NCBI RefSeq assembly: GCF_001949145.1
Contig: NW_019091355.1
Location: 742,083 to 806,082 of the forward strand
DNA: 64,000 nucleotides
Source: Acanthaster planci
Taxonomy: Eukaryota
Direction of reading: 5' to 3'
This document shows positions 13,451-28,130 of this stretch, in pieces. Below the pieces are notes generated by a model. It had not been told where the DNA came from, ran no database searches, and worked only from the letters and a program-made list of their open reading frames with translations. The translations under genes were made by a program, and so were the position numbers. Positions within the stretch are counted from its first letter, which is position 1; each line of letters starts with the position of its first letter.

Positions 13451-14889
13451 ATCCCCCAGCTTTATATATCAAAGGAAGGACTTTGGCCGTTAAATGTCGT
13501 GAGTTAAGGAGAGACTTGAGGTGACGGCCTAACACATCTTTGCAATGAGCTGTGGGTAGCTGAGACATCAATTAGGTCAGAAGGTAATGCTTAAAGGTGA
13601 ATGTCTATTCCACATATTTACACCACAGTTGCGCTTATGTTTCAGATTTGTTTCAGCGATTGTCTCTTGCTTAATGGTCACGTGTGCACTGGCTCTCATG
13701 AAAAACAGTAATGCCAACAACATTCAGATTGACATTATCAATAGCTAGCAGTGAAAAAGCTTGATGTCTGCAATTTAAAAGAACACAAATCTTAAGACGT
13801 CAGTACACATGTTAGCAAATTAAAATCTAGAGATACTTTCATGACAGGAAGACGATATATATCTGCAGATAATGTTCAAACCCTTAACCCTAACATTCCC
13901 TAATCCTCCAATTTTAATATGATTTCACATACATCCTAGGGAGTTAGGGCCGAGCATCAAAGACCAACATAGGTCAGTCTGTACCAGCTTTTAATTCGAC
14001 TGTGTTTATACTCAGATGTGACCTGTTTACGACATTGTTGTCCTTCAATAAGACTTCTAGACTTGTCAGTTTAGAACCGTCATCACGAGACAAACAAGGA
14101 CTAGAATCTAAACAACAGTAACAATTTAGAAACTCCGTACAATGCTGAAAACAGTAGGTCTATTGATCAGAAAGTTAGATTTGGATTACAAAAAGATATG
14201 CTACAGGCGATTTGTCCAAGAGACAAGCAGACAAAAACACACCCTCAAAGTAATTTCCTCTCTACAATAACATAACACAGAGAGTAATTTTCCCAGAACT
14301 TAGCCTTTTCACTTTCTGTGTTTTGCATTCTTAAGACTGTTCTGTAACTCAGGGCCAAAATCAAAGGAAACCAGACTTGTTGAAATGAAATTGGGGTTTA
14401 TTTTACTTGTGGTGAAATGGACGTGAAAGAGAGGGAAAATTCTGAAAGTTAGGTGCAAATGCTAGCAGAATATAAAGACCATTTGGAATGATGCATTTTT
14501 GCTCTCTGTGGAGGTCTTTTTAAAGGCACATTGTGGCTTTCAAGTTGTTGAGGGCTCAGTAAACTTTCTGCCTAAGGAGTCGGACGACCACCAGTAGCAA
14601 CAATTTAAAGCTTGAGTACAGTCAGCACTTTCACCACAATTATGAGCCAGTTGGGTATTTCAAAAAGGCCAGGTCTTGCAGGGGACAAAACGTGCCTGTG
14701 AAACGGCGTATGGGCTTTGCTCAAACGGTAGACAATCGTGCGCGTGTGCTGCTGTCCCCAAATGACCTTAGTCTTGCCCAAAGACTATTTTACTGTTTGG
14801 CCCGTGCACCGTGCAGGCGACATGAGCTGGCGAGCATAGCCGAATAACACTACTAGTAGAGGGCGCTATATCCACAAGAGACGACCTGC

Positions 14890-15080
14890 CAGAATATACC
14901 AGGCACGAAATGGGACAGAGGGGTACCCCCCAAAAAGTCCAATTGCCAATACACACCCCAGCCTATTGTCACTTAACACATCCCCCTAGAAGTTTAAAAC
15001 GAATTCCTGAGATACCAGTATCACAATGAGCAACACCAAAGGCGGGGGGGGGACGGTTCTCTCTGTCCCCCATAGTTTGC
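14890..15080 (+). mobile_element. MITE-like interspersed repeat, copy 1
   Basis: Aligns by eye to the reverse complement of 35505-35690 (aaatg..gaggggtacccccca..cctattgtcacttaacacatcccc..ggttctct). Inverted termini tgggacagag (14911) and ctctgtcccc (15061). Confidence 0.7.
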
Positions 15081-16559
15081 TTCATATGTGCCAGAAAACC
15101 AGTCTCGTCGAATCTGGCAGGCTTAATCAAAAAATTCCGAGCATACCTCACGCGCTCAAGCTCATGAATAATAATACACGTACGCAATGTACTGCTGAAG
15201 ACCGCGCGCCATGCCGACTGTAGTTTTCGGCAGTGCGCATGAGCAATTATTCATGGTAATTTGAGCGCTTGAGGTATGCTTGGAAAATGACCTCGGTGGA
15301 TTCAGTTTGGGCATGCGCCGTTGGAATACAGAAATGGCTCATTGTTGGATATTGTAGCTTATAATTGGTCATGTCCTTGCGCCTTTGCAATGATTTCTTA
15401 CACATTCTTGACGTGCCATGCTGTTGTGCATGTGCGTCGCTCATACAACATTTCCCGTATGCTGAATGACTTGGCGTTCAGGTGCGCTCTGCGTATGTTT
15501 CATCCTTTCACTTAGTTATGCTTATTGTTCGGGGCTAAACACTGAGCTTTTATGATGGAAACAAGATTTCTGATGTAATTCTTTTGTTATTCAGTCTCTA
15601 ATGCAGCAGTGGTCTTTTTCGAGCCGTGAAATTCGTTTATTTCCTCAGTTCTTGTAAAAATCACGATATTCTTGCATTCGGAGTTTTCCCGAGAAGTTGA
15701 AACACATGAAGGTGAAGCCAGCGCTTAACTAAAGGCCATCCAGATGCCAATTAGCTTGCTACATCTTTTTAAAGCCAGATTCGAGAACTTAAATTTGGTT
15801 CAGGTGATTTTATTACGTTACAGCAAGTCATTACCTAAGCGAAAGTCCAGTTGACATTCGAATTGTATAGAATTCAGAAGGGTTAAATGGTATCGATAAA
15901 AAATTGCTTTATGATATATCAAGGATCAATACTGGCTTCTGTGGACACTAAAGGACGACGTTGCATAAAATGACTCAATATCACTTTTTTTAAAGTTGTA
16001 CTTTTCGCTTTATCGTGTATATCTTGACTAATGTCCTTTGTATATATATGCTGGGCATATCTCCTATGCATGCTATCTTGGCAACGCGCCGGGCAGCCTC
16101 TCCATGTGAGACTACAACATCCGCAAGTATCAAACACTGGCTATGGTTCTTCACCATTTGATTAAAATTCGAAGCTGTAGTCGTTGGAGACGCGACCAGA
16201 ACGCGACTTGCCCATCATGAGCGACCTCATATAAACCCGTGTATTAACTCAGCGGTGGGTGAACACACGTGGCTCATTGCCCTTTCCTAGCAGTGAACAA
16301 TTAAATGAAAACTCCATAACCTCACCAAAAGCTATGGGCTTTTGTTAGGCCGTGTTGGATTTAATCGCAGTTGGAAATTACATGCGCCCCCACGGGCTAA
16401 GCCGGGAGCTCGAACACCCTTGTCAAAGAGGCCTATACCATGTTGTTTGTTATTGCCGCTTAGCCAAGTTGTTCAGTCATAGCCATACTGACGTTATGTT
16501 CAGGCTCTTCACGATCTAGAGCACCCTCTATCGTTAAATACTAGCATTTGTTTTCTGGG

Positions 16560-16955
16560 ATTCTCCTTTATTGTTCACTGTGTCCTTTTAAACATCCATG
16601 CTAACAATTTATAAAATAAGAAATACAGATTTGTATATTTCGACAATATTAAAAACCTGGTAGCCTTGGCCTAATATGGCTAATTGGTCCCATTACTTGT
16701 GAAATTGGGAGCTAGTTCCAGTTCCATAAAACATGAACTTTTGCATCAAATAATAATTCTTCACATCCTTTTTTAAGACAGAAAGTGAGGGTCGTTTTTC
16801 GTTCATTTTCATTTTATACACATGGAATTTACAGATCAACAATATTAAATTAACCACTTTACTATGACGTGTAACATTGGTGTTGCCAAATAAAAAGACG
16901 TTATTATCCATTGCAATCGACAGGTTGGTCTTCTCTTTAATCCAACTTTTGTATG
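16560..16955 (-). mobile_element. 5'-truncated L1/Tx1-type LINE remnant (ORF2 C-terminus and 3' end)
   Basis: Translation WIKEKTNLS..FLFG..VNLILLICKFHVYKMK..PSL..LKKDVKNYY..QFHK*WDQL matches the typical L1/Tx1 ORF2 tail (FG..N.I...K..IY...P...KW). There is an in-frame stop before the W. Confidence 0.6.
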
Positions 16956-19900
16956 GATAAATACTAGCATTTACCCTTTTTTTGGCTCGTTGCCCAGCGC
17001 CCAAACCGTGATTGTACCAAGACCATGTTTTCATGATACAAGCCGACTCTTTTTTTATACCTGTGTCCAAGCATTGTCATCAAAGATCGTAGAGCGCCAT
17101 TGGCTAACCAAAAACTTCAAATAACGCTTTGCTAACAGGGAGTGATAACCTCGCGGTCGGAGGTCATGCACATAGTAATCAGTCACAGTGCAGAGCCATC
17201 AGCCCTTCAATTCCCAACGCCCTGTTCGGCGCTGGGCGACGAGCGAATTACCTTTTCTGACAATGTGCATGAACGAGAGGGGGCGCTTCCGTGCAACCCC
17301 ATGATGGTGTTCAGGTGTGTGTCAGCCGCACGCGGGAAACGCGTGCATTCCAAAACGTTGGTCCCCCTCCGTCTCTGTCCAGGGTGGGGAAACATGTACA
17401 ACTGACCTATACTATAGCAGTTACTGGCTTTGCATAAAGTATCTCATTTGCTGGTTCACAGACACTTACTGAAAAACTTTTTGATCAAACGTTTTTATGA
17501 CCAGTGGCAACCACTCTTTTTGAAAACACTATTTTACCATAACTGAACGTGTATTCAGATGCTTCAGTCTTAATGCCCAGCAATTTCCAAACAGAAATCG
17601 GTGACGCAGTCTCCTCTCCTCGCCAAGAAAGGTAGCCTTTACGGCTGCGTCTCTAGGTAAGGGCTGAACATGATTGCTTGTGGAGGTCAATGGCTAACGG
17701 CTGTTGAGGTAAAAATTCAAGGGGAATCGTGTGTTCCTGCCGGTCGTAGCCAGGTAATTTCTCACTTGGCTTATTACCAGGTCAACGCGCCATTTTCATA
17801 GACATTACACGCCCCGTCCGTGCCTAGCGGGAAAACAGCACATTAGGACGTCGTGAGGCATACGGCAATTTGCGTAACTCTCTCCTCCGGCCCGAGGTCG
17901 ACTCGGCCGGCTGGAAGACTCCTCCACGCTTCTTCTGAGGTTCAGTCTCTAATGAGGCACGTGCAAAACATACCAAAACAAAGCACGAGATTGATCTGCC
18001 GTGGGCGACGCGAAGGGGGTTGAAATTTCAATTACGATTCCATCAAAACGAGAGGGATGATTTTAAAGCTTGCTGGTATGAAATTCCTTTCCAAAAGTAA
18101 AAAGCAAAGCAAATTGGAAACTTTGTGATCTAAGGAATTCATACCTTCGAGAACTGAAGAAAGACCGAATAGTAATCGTAGCTATAGTGGTATTGAAGTG
18201 AAGCCAATGAAATTAATTTAATCCATGCTATTTTGAAGAAAATCACCTTGAAATAAGGTATATTTTTGTTATAAATGCGAGTAATTATATTACATTTGAT
18301 ACTCCGTTTCTTCCAAAAGAACGCTGTTTTCATGTGCTTAAGAATTAGGAACGTCAAAAGGCTCTTGAGTTTAAAAATAAATTACTTAGGTTGGTGACAA
18401 TTAACTTTAAATAGGGACATCAAGTAGAAAGTATTTTTTTTTTTGGAAATGCAACGTCACACAGCACACCCGACATAATTTACTTTGAATAAAATTCCAA
18501 GCTATATAAATGTCAAATTAAACGTCAACTATTCATGTGATATGAGATCCTCAAATGTCAGCAGATTTAATATTCTTTGAATACTTTTTATTCAAATTCA
18601 AGACAGTTTTTCTCACCATAAAATATCAGTCGAACTCACACTCTGAGCATTCCATCCAGCCCTTCTACCAGACCTTCTCGATCTGCATGTTTTAATTCGA
18701 CGCTGATACAACTGTGCAACATCCAAAAGCAATTTAACAAAGCTTCACAATCTGTTGTTCTAAACTTATTCATTAAATGACAATGCTCGCGTCCACTTAA
18801 AGTGAAAAAGTGCCAACTGTGTCAATACATTATTTCAACTTCTAGCCACTTGTAGAGTGAACATACTTGCCAAACGCCTTCCCTTTCAATTTCATGAAGC
18901 TGGTAACTAGCTTAGCACAACAAACAATTGCGGCGCAGGCTGACTACCAGTTAATATTTGGACGATTTATCATTATTTGTGAATGATTCACGACTTATTT
19001 TCTTTCCTGAGAACATGCCATTCATATCTACTAAGCGAAGTTTAAGGTTTCGTGGTCTCTACTGCTACCGTAACATAGCAACGAGATCTTCAAGAGCCCA
19101 GTTCATCGTTTGTCCACCGTTGGTCGCTTACCCTGACCTGCGCGCAATCATCCTGGGTACCATGCAAAACCGACCCGACGATCATAAATGGCTCTCATTT
19201 GAACCTATCTTTACATTCGTGAATACATACCAGGCATGCCAAATAAGGTTTTACCTAGAAAAGCAACACCAGAGGGAGGCCAAACCTTCCTGTATTTACA
19301 AAGGACCGAGAGACGGGAGGCAGATAAAGAGAAACGGTGTCTCGCTGGCTCCCTTACGCATGACCTGGCTCCATTTAAAGCTGAGTTTTCAAAACATTTT
19401 CAAAACTGAGTGTTATTTTGTTCACATATTACACTTTTACATTCACGCAATTCTCAGTTGCGAACATCTCACGGTAAATAAATAACACTTTCATATGCCT
19501 CAATTCATTTATACACGATTTGGGTAGGATCTGTGTATCATTCGCGTATTCCTGTCATTCTGAACGTGAATTCGTGGCTGGCTAATATTCACCGCCTTAA
19601 TTGGTCTTCAAACTTCCAAAGCATGTGGTACCCGGTACATTGGGATGAAAACAATCTATCTGAGGTATATTTTTTATTCACCCACAAACCTTGAGGGTGC
19701 TGTAAAAGGTAATGGGCTTATTAGGGGAAAATGTTCGTGCCGTACTGCTTCAAAACTTAATATCTCATTGTGTGATGCCGCCTATTAGAATAAAACTAAT
19801 ATCAGACAACACCCCCCCCGAAAACACATTTAAAGTTGTTCTTCGTCTGCGTGCATTTTATGTTCTAGCTTGACACGCGTAAAGTGCCTTCACTCATCTA

Positions 19901-22210
19901 TCAGACGGGATCTACGGACCGCGTAGACTAATGCGCTGAATATTTCTCAATAGTTCTCAACTGCCGTGTGCAAACAAGTCACTTTCATTGCTGTATATTC
20001 AAGGTGGATGAGCTATTGGTCAGACAAGAAATTTGCAAACTGCTGAACGCGGAGTTCTGTCCAGCATCGGGCAGAGGGACTTCATAGCCACAAGTCGTTT
20101 CTGCATTAATGACAATTGGAGGCGACATTATAGTTGTTGCGGATAATCCCCCATAGTCCAGGGTGGTTCACTGGCGAAAATATAGGGTAAAATACTTAAA
20201 CCAATCGATTCAGCACCGTTGCAAAACCATGAAACTATATCCACGTGAAAATCTACAGTAATGAAAATGGGGGTTATCTTCCCCTTGGGCTACTAGATAT
20301 ACAGTTCTTTTATTCCCATGCCCGTTGTGGCGTGGAGGATGGAGGCCACGGTGTCCGCAGTAATGGGCAGGTGTGTCAATAACGTTGGCCTCCTATCGCC
20401 TCTCTGAAGGCGAGGGATGAGATTGAGAGGAGAAAGGGGAATCGCCCACTCTGCATGGAGGAGACCTCGTGGGTGCTGTAAGTAGAGTCACCGGCATGTG
20501 GACGCCGAGGCTCCGGACCCTACACACCCAGGAAAAAAAGCAGCAAACACAGGTCTCGGGTTCTTGTCGACGGGCTTCTTTTTCATTTCGCGAGTGGTCG
20601 GTGGCAGTTCCCCCGGGGAGACAGGAGTTCCATACTCAAGTCGAGTGATACAAGGCCCCAGGCAAGGCATATGTCTACTCTATCTCACTGGACATCAAGA
20701 ATCCTTAAGTAATGCAGATAGACCGGTGTGTTGGCGTTGGAACGACCCGTTTGGATGCATCTCAAGATTAACCGATATATCCCGGCCCAGATAACCGCGG
20801 CATCATCTTGTGAGCGGAGAGAACGGACTCCATGAATAAAAACCTGACCTAGGCCAACACTGGCCTCAGAATTAATCCCTCTGCAGAAGATCCAGCTTTG
20901 GATCAAAGGGCAGGCTAATGTATGATGACATGAAGGAGAAATAAACAGACTCAACTTTCTTGATCACCCACACAAGGTAATTACAATAAGGGTGTACTTC
21001 ACTTACAAATCCGATTTTTATTATTTCGAAAGTACACAATGAAAATGATGATAAAAGAGTTGGATTTTGCAATACATTCACACTGAGTTACAATTATTAA
21101 AGTCAGTGGCTTTTGAGCCTTCTTTAAAAGGTAGCTGCAAATGAATTTGTTTTAAAATAAATTAACCTTCAAATGCACCTTTGTGTCAATGCACCTTAGT
21201 TTCAACTTTGTTTCACTATTTAAAAGGGTATTTTGCTGCCTTTTTCCTTTTATATGTTAATGAATATTTCCGTATTCATGAGCAAAACTGTTATGTCATC
21301 CCAGGGAGAAAGCTTAATATTACATAATGTTTGTACACGTCACGCATAGACTTGGCTGGACTAAATTTTCTCTTCTTCGCTGATTCATTTTTGAGTATAT
21401 GCACAGCAATAAGTGAGCACCAATGCTTTTCTCGGAAATGTGTCCAGTAAAAAAAATTCTGAGTTCACAATTTTAATAGAAAACATGTACAATGGACTAT
21501 TTTTCCTGGATGACGTCCAGCAACAGCGCCCTCAGTTGTCAAGGAAAGCATGGCTAATTTTAAGTGTTCGAAAAAGGGCACTTGTCAGTGCATTCAACCG
21601 AATGGGTGTGTAAAAGAGTGTTACACTACAGGATAGCTCAAAGTTGCAGAAAAGTTGTCTAAGAAAAATTCAATGCGGCTAATATGCCTTTAAACTTTGC
21701 ACTCATCTAGCCCTATAAACAGCAATCTCTCTCGTTCATTCTTCGCAGCCGACACAATGCTCAGCAATTATGATACAATCACCAAGAAGCCCAAACTAAG
21801 CCACAGATAACATTTTGTTTTAATATTGTCTCCTACGAGAGCGCTAATGAACATATATTTTATTCTTGGTAAAAATTCAGCACAATTTCCTTGCATAAAA
21901 AGAAATTACGAAACATAATATTATTCCTTCTTTCAATGTGAAAAAGCGCATCATCGGCTTCCTTTGTTCAAAGAGTTTTCCTCAGTATTTCGATAACAGA
22001 GAGAAATCTGCCAAAAGGACTTATTCTTGTAGGCAAAGACGTAACATTACAAAAACACCGACAAACTCAAGGTTTTAGATAGTACATATCAAGGGAACTG
22101 TTTAGTCAAGTATAAACGCCCACGTGGAAGTGGGAAGGAGATCTTTTCCCCCTCGGTACACGTACAAAAATCGCCCACGTAATAAAATGCACCATTTACC
22201 AAATCCCTCG

Positions 22211-22384
22211 AGGCCGGTTTACATCTTGGCGCGAAAGCAAAACGCGTAATCGTGACGTCGGATCAAATATTTGCACAGTGAATTCGCAGAATTAGAACAC
22301 GTTTTAACTTACGCGAATTTCCCTGTATAAAAGTATTTCGCGACATAACTCGCTTTCGCGTTCATCAAAAGAATTGACTGGCCT
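22211..22384. mobile_element. Foldback/MITE-like element with GGCC termini (Harbinger-like)
   Basis: aggccggtt...cgcgaaagc on the left is mirrored by gctttcgcg...actggcct on the right; also internal gaattcgc/gcgaatt. Confidence 0.5.
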
Positions 22385-25300
22385 TTTCGAAACTTCGCTG
22401 ATATCTTGTCTGGGGTAAACCTATACTCACTGGCAGTTTGGGTGGGAGGGACTAACGTGGGCCACGCCCCCCAAAAAGATCATTGCAAAAACGTGTTTAC
22501 AGAGTGAGAGGAAAGCGACTTTTTGGTCTGGGAGACGAGGTGAAAAAAACAGATGTACAGAAGTGACTTGTTTATTGATATAACTGCGAAGAGCCTGAAA
22601 AACGTATTTGTTAAATACAGGCGGAATGAAACAAGACGACAGGGACCTACATGGAGTAAGGCTTTTCTGGCATGGGTTATTTTTGATAGCAATAAACTGC
22701 ATGTTGAGGGAATGAGAAAAATTATTTGGCAAATCTTTGTGTTGAGTGGAGTTTGGACGAGACTGCTGTAAACAACCTCAGAATGTTTAGAGAAGCAGCT
22801 TATATCAGCCAGAAATCTTCCCCATAAAGGATAAAAAATAATACAACCCCCCTACGTATTTCTTGGAATACATCATTAGTGCTGTCAGAAACGTCCTAAG
22901 TTAATATATAGGATGCATATCCTGCCTGTTCTACAATATTCAAATGACAAAAATATAATTATGAAAAATGGTTAATAGGCCAAGGTATTTTACTGGTAAC
23001 CGGTTATTCAAGATAAACTCTTACTTTTCAAGTCTTATTAGTTAAGACACAAATTCGCAACAAGTACCCAGCCTCATTCAAGACGTTTTAGCTAGATCTG
23101 GATCACCGAGCTAATAACTTAAATGCACCGGGGGCATGCAAGGATGTCAGTCCATCGGGAGAATGACATGAAACGAAATCCTTCAGCCTGCAAAGATTAT
23201 TTTTCACCAAGAAGCTGTACAAGATTGCACATGATGCGGATCTAGTTGGGCCACCAGCCATAGTCAGGGTGACACCTCTGATCTTACGACAGTCCTATTG
23301 TCAAGAAGCCACAGGTTGATAACGAACAGGAAATCAGAAACTTGGTCTGTTACCCGCCTCGGGGGAACTCGGGGGCAAGTTGAAATATGTAAAAGGTTTG
23401 GCGTCAGGAGACGGGACTCCAGCAATACAGGTTATTGAAGTGGCTGAGTGGCGGAAGCACCACAATGTGGCATGTGGCAATGGTTCACGCAAAACAAGGT
23501 TGTCGGCAACATTATGGTGGCCGTGGAGGGACATCGTCAATCTTCAATATTTGCGACCAAATTTACGACTTGCTCTTCATTCGCAAATATTGACGCCAAC
23601 ATTTGAGACCAAAGTCACGCCTCGTTGTATCTCCGGTATCCGGTCGCAAGTATTGCCACGAATTTTGTTCCTGCAAGCCAGGTATACTAGAGAGAGAAGT
23701 TGCTCGGCTATAGACACAGCAATTGCTTTCTAACGTTGTGCCCAGCCGAATATCGACTTGTAGGTCATTGCACATGCGCTTGAACACTTCATTTCCGCCT
23801 AGCTTGCTGGAGAAAAATTCACTGCAATATTTGTGACCGAATATGCGAGTTGTGAATTTGGTCGTGAATACAGAGCCAGAAAGTAAAAGGTCACGCACAA
23901 GCTTCCGGAACCCTTGTTCGGTCCGCCTATGGGGATTTTACATTGGGCCGTCCAATCACGATCGATAATATTGGGAAGAATAATTCCTAACTGAAACCAT
24001 CCCATGATGAAACACTCATGTTGGAATTGTATCTTTGTGTTCCCAAACTAATATTAAGGAAAGGTCACTTGGAGATGGGTAAAAAACGAATTTCATCAAC
24101 GACCTTTCACGTCCGGCGAAATCGTACCAAGGTCTCCTTGTTCATGCACGTTTGTTTTCACTCGCCGTGTTTACGTGAAAACCAGATTGTAAAACGTTGC
24201 AGAGATTTATATACCTGTTGTCGATTGGTTCTATGTTCCATTGATTTGACATAACACAGTTGTTGTCAGCCAAATAAAATATTAGAATCTTCCGTAAAAG
24301 TAGATTATAGCTTTAAGATTACCTTATAAATCAAACTAGGTTGTGAAATACAGTGATCTGTTTTTATTTCGGCTTTTACCGACGGACTACAATAAAATTT
24401 CAAACCGTAATATGTTCATCTGCGTACGAGACCGCCACATTAGACTGTTCTTCATGTATTTTAGATTTTGGAAGTGATGGATCAATTTTTGGCAGGATAT
24501 TTTTCTTTTAGGTCCGACAATTTTTCAGTTTCTATAAATTGATGTACTAGCAAATATTTTCCAAAGCCCTTTTTCTAAGTTGGCTTTTTATAGAAATAAC
24601 TGAACGAAAAATATCACAAATTCTAAAATCTTTGCAGGTTATTTTTCCTATCCAAGGGTTCCAGAAGCGGACCATCAGGGCTTCAATATTCGCGACTGAA
24701 GAGCGGGTTGTAAATTTGGTTGCAAATTATTGACGTTAATATTGACGATTGGCGATGTCCCTCCAGGGCCACCATAGTAATAAGACCGGTGTCGGGTATT
24801 TGGGATGGAAGTTCAATGCACTGCGTCGTGCGCACTGGATGGGTGACACAATGTACGTATGTAAAACTCAAGACTAACGTACGCACTGCTAATGCCGAGG
24901 GGACATGAGATCTGCTAGGTTTTATGATTGAGCGGTAGATCCTGAATTAGGCTCCGAACGTGCGCCCGCATTGCACTAACTTAAAGTCATCCCAGACCCG
25001 GTTCCAAATCCGTATGGTCGTCTATTCCCTACTTGTGTTTATTTGTAACCTTTTACTTTGAGAAAAAAAGAAATGGTGATCACAATTAAAAGTAAGTTGT
25101 CTTTTCTCAATGCATTGCTATTGTTGTGACAATTGAAAAAACTGATGTAAGTTTTATCAAAGACAAAATCAAAACATTAGGTGACGTTGATGAGTGTTTA
25201 CAGATTTAAAGCCATGCGCAGGACGGCATGTAGCCATCTCTGAACCAATCAGAATTGCTATTTTCTTTATACCAAAGTACCTGTAAGTCATGTACGTGTC

Positions 25301-27739
25301 GTTTCTACTGTATCTCGCAAAAACACGCCATCCGCTGGCTAAATCCTGCACAATAGATTAAGTTCCTCAAAACTTCCAGGCTGTTTTCACAAGGATCAAG
25401 GACAAACGAACGGTGTTTTTCCCTGGAGCGACAACATTTTCCCTGGAACCATCATTAATGCTAGCACCGTCTGCCAAATAAGTGCCCAATACAATGTTCC
25501 TGTCAGATTTAATCGTTAATTCAAAATCTTTTTGTCTTGTTAGTGTGAAGCGCCCTGAAGCCTTTTCGGTTAGTTTAGCTAAAGACCTGTACCCTGTGGC
25601 AGAAGGTTTCGGTAATGTTTGTTGTCGGATCTGCAGTATTTGTTGCTTACAAAATAGCTGTTTTGAAATTGGTGAATAAAGACCCTGCGGTCGCTTATTA
25701 GAATTCTACATAATGGGGTGAGGCTTGCCTAAAGACGAATACTGCGTGGAAAAAGTCATATTTACCTGCTTTCTTGTAAAGCTACTCGCTGATTGCAAAA
25801 TGATTGCACTCGGTGGTTCTATGAGGGGAAACACTGTTGATAGAGAATGCACGACTGAATGCCAAATGCACAACTTCGTTAACTCTTTCAATGTGAGGAC
25901 TTTACATGGACGTGACAAACGGTGGGTGGTAAGGTCAGTGAGGCAAAGCACTCCAAGCGGTGTATACTTGCGCATTTTATATTTACTGGATGGAATCACA
26001 TAATTTGGTTTAATCCAACCTTTCCTGGATTTGTCTTCTTGATGTGCCCATTTTTTCCCTGATATTTCTTCATAAAACCTAAACATTATTTTTCCCCTGG
26101 CCAGAACTCTAAAAAAGATGGAGGGAACAAAAACTAATCCACCGAATTGAGAAACGTGGCACGCTGTTTCAAAATGGACAGCCTGTTTTTTATCATTCCA
26201 TTGTTACGTACTCGGTTTATATCATCAGGAAAGTATGCACTAATGGAAACAGACCTTTAGACAAAATGAGTGGATAGTTACCTCAGTGTCCGTCTTCTTC
26301 TGCACGTACGGACCTCAGTCTTTGCTCCGGTTCAACGGCAATGCACCTCGATTACAACGACTGAGGGCGCTTCACATGCACCACACCATTCACGCGTGCA
26401 TAGAAAACAGTGCCAAATCAGACCAAAATAGCGCCGCCCGTTGACTCTCAGGAAGAGGTTTGCCTCCGTTTTTTCACTGGAAATTAAAGATTATGGCCAA
26501 AATATCACTTTTTGTGTCAATTTTGTGAGGGTTAGCTCGTGAATTTTTTTATTCGCCTTTCCCTGAAGATACCCCCCCCATAGTAGTAAAACTATGTGTT
26601 CAGCTCTGAATGTAGCCGCCCGCCTCTATCCAAAATAAAGGTTGGGGCTTTTTGTGAAATATCCCGAACTGGAAACTACCAGTCCAAATTCGGGATTTAT
26701 AGAATTATGTTTTCGATCCCTCCTGTTTATGGCATGTAAAAATCCCGTGGGATCACAAAATATTAATGAGCTGGCGCTCAGAAATTCAACGATTTGGTGG
26801 AATGCACCCCCGAAGGGCGTTCACCAGAAGAAACTTGCAGGCAAATTTCATTTATAGCATCAAGTAAACATTCTGACTTTATCAAATCTCCTATGACTAC
26901 TGAGTTTCAAGAGGTAGGACTGAACGTACGCATAATCCGAATAAACAAAACAAACACCCCAACACCCCAACAAACAAACAACCAAACAAACAGAAACACG
27001 ATTTTAGAAATATAAGTTCAGCCCACAGAAACCACAGCACGCACAGCGACGTCGAAATTACGAGAGGTTACGTTTAACTTAAGTCATTTAACTACAGCTT
27101 GCAAACCAACAAAACATACACACATGTAGGCTTACAGAACTTGATTGGACTTGTGGACATAGTTTTGGGCGTTCGATTTCAATCTGTAATTTTCCTCACA
27201 ATAAAGTACATAAAAGGGAGCCTACATAATATTAATTTCTACTTTTCGGTGCAGTCCACAAATTCAGGTGAACATTTCTTGCCAGCTCATCAGCATTAAA
27301 AGTGCCCCCCATAGTATCTTTTGAAAAAGAAGATTGTTTGGCCCCCAAAATTATAAGATTGTGTAAATCGTAGCCGGGATCAGTGCCATGGGTCTTTGAG
27401 ATTTTATATGAGAGCAGAATGGCTAAAAACTACGGTTGAAAAATGGTCCTAAGTGCCCCAGAAATTTGAGGGTTGCCACTTGAAAAATGGCTGCAATCAG
27501 GCTTCGGATAAATCACTTTTCGGGGGGGTGATTTGGTTTTGTGGGAATAATTAAAAATGTATTTGGTTAACACAAAGGAAATTGAAAAGAAATGGAAATA
27601 CTAGGGGCCAGACAATAATTTCATTTGTGTTTAAGAAATCTAAGGGACGTTGGTATGTATGTTATTGGGCCTTGCTGAATAGTACTGATTTTACACTATT
27701 TTAATTCATTGGGGCATTGGGGCTTGAATTGGTGGACTG

Positions 27740-28130
27740 TCCCGCGTCACCATGCCTCCACTTAACTTGCAGTGCGCCCTCAAATCTTTAGCGCTGAGCT
27801 CGACTGGTTGCCGCCTCTCGAATAAACCTACTACATTCCAGTTCAGAGAGATGAGCGATGGGGACGGAACCAGTCCAGCACCAAGCCAGGGCGCTGTTCA
27901 CTTTTAGGGTATTTGCTAGAGAGAGAGAAAAAAAAACTTTACGTGAGAGAATATCCTCCAGCAGGAAATCATGCAAACATATCTTTTTCCTTTTGTTTTG
28001 AAAAAAAAGAACCACTCGAAAACTTGCCTTTGGGCTGCACGAATTCACTATCTTTGAGCGTTTCTTTTTGGCTTTGGGGCATGTCTTCCTGCAGGTATAT
28101 CACGTGAGCTAGTTGAGCGCGTTGATTGGC
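27740..28130 (+). promoter_or_regulatory. Possible promoter/first non-coding exon of the FAM13-like gene
   Basis: CpG-rich patch just before the switch to CpG-poor sequence, with donor-like sites cag|gtatat (~28095) and cac|gtgagc (~28104). Not verifiable without transcripts. Confidence 0.3.

Noticed and set aside
18958..19485. 175-aa ORF
   Set aside because: Non-ATG start and no motif; likely a chance ORF.
23334..24005. Cluster of overlapping 70-117 aa ORFs on both strands
   Set aside because: No recognisable protein motif or consistent splice structure.
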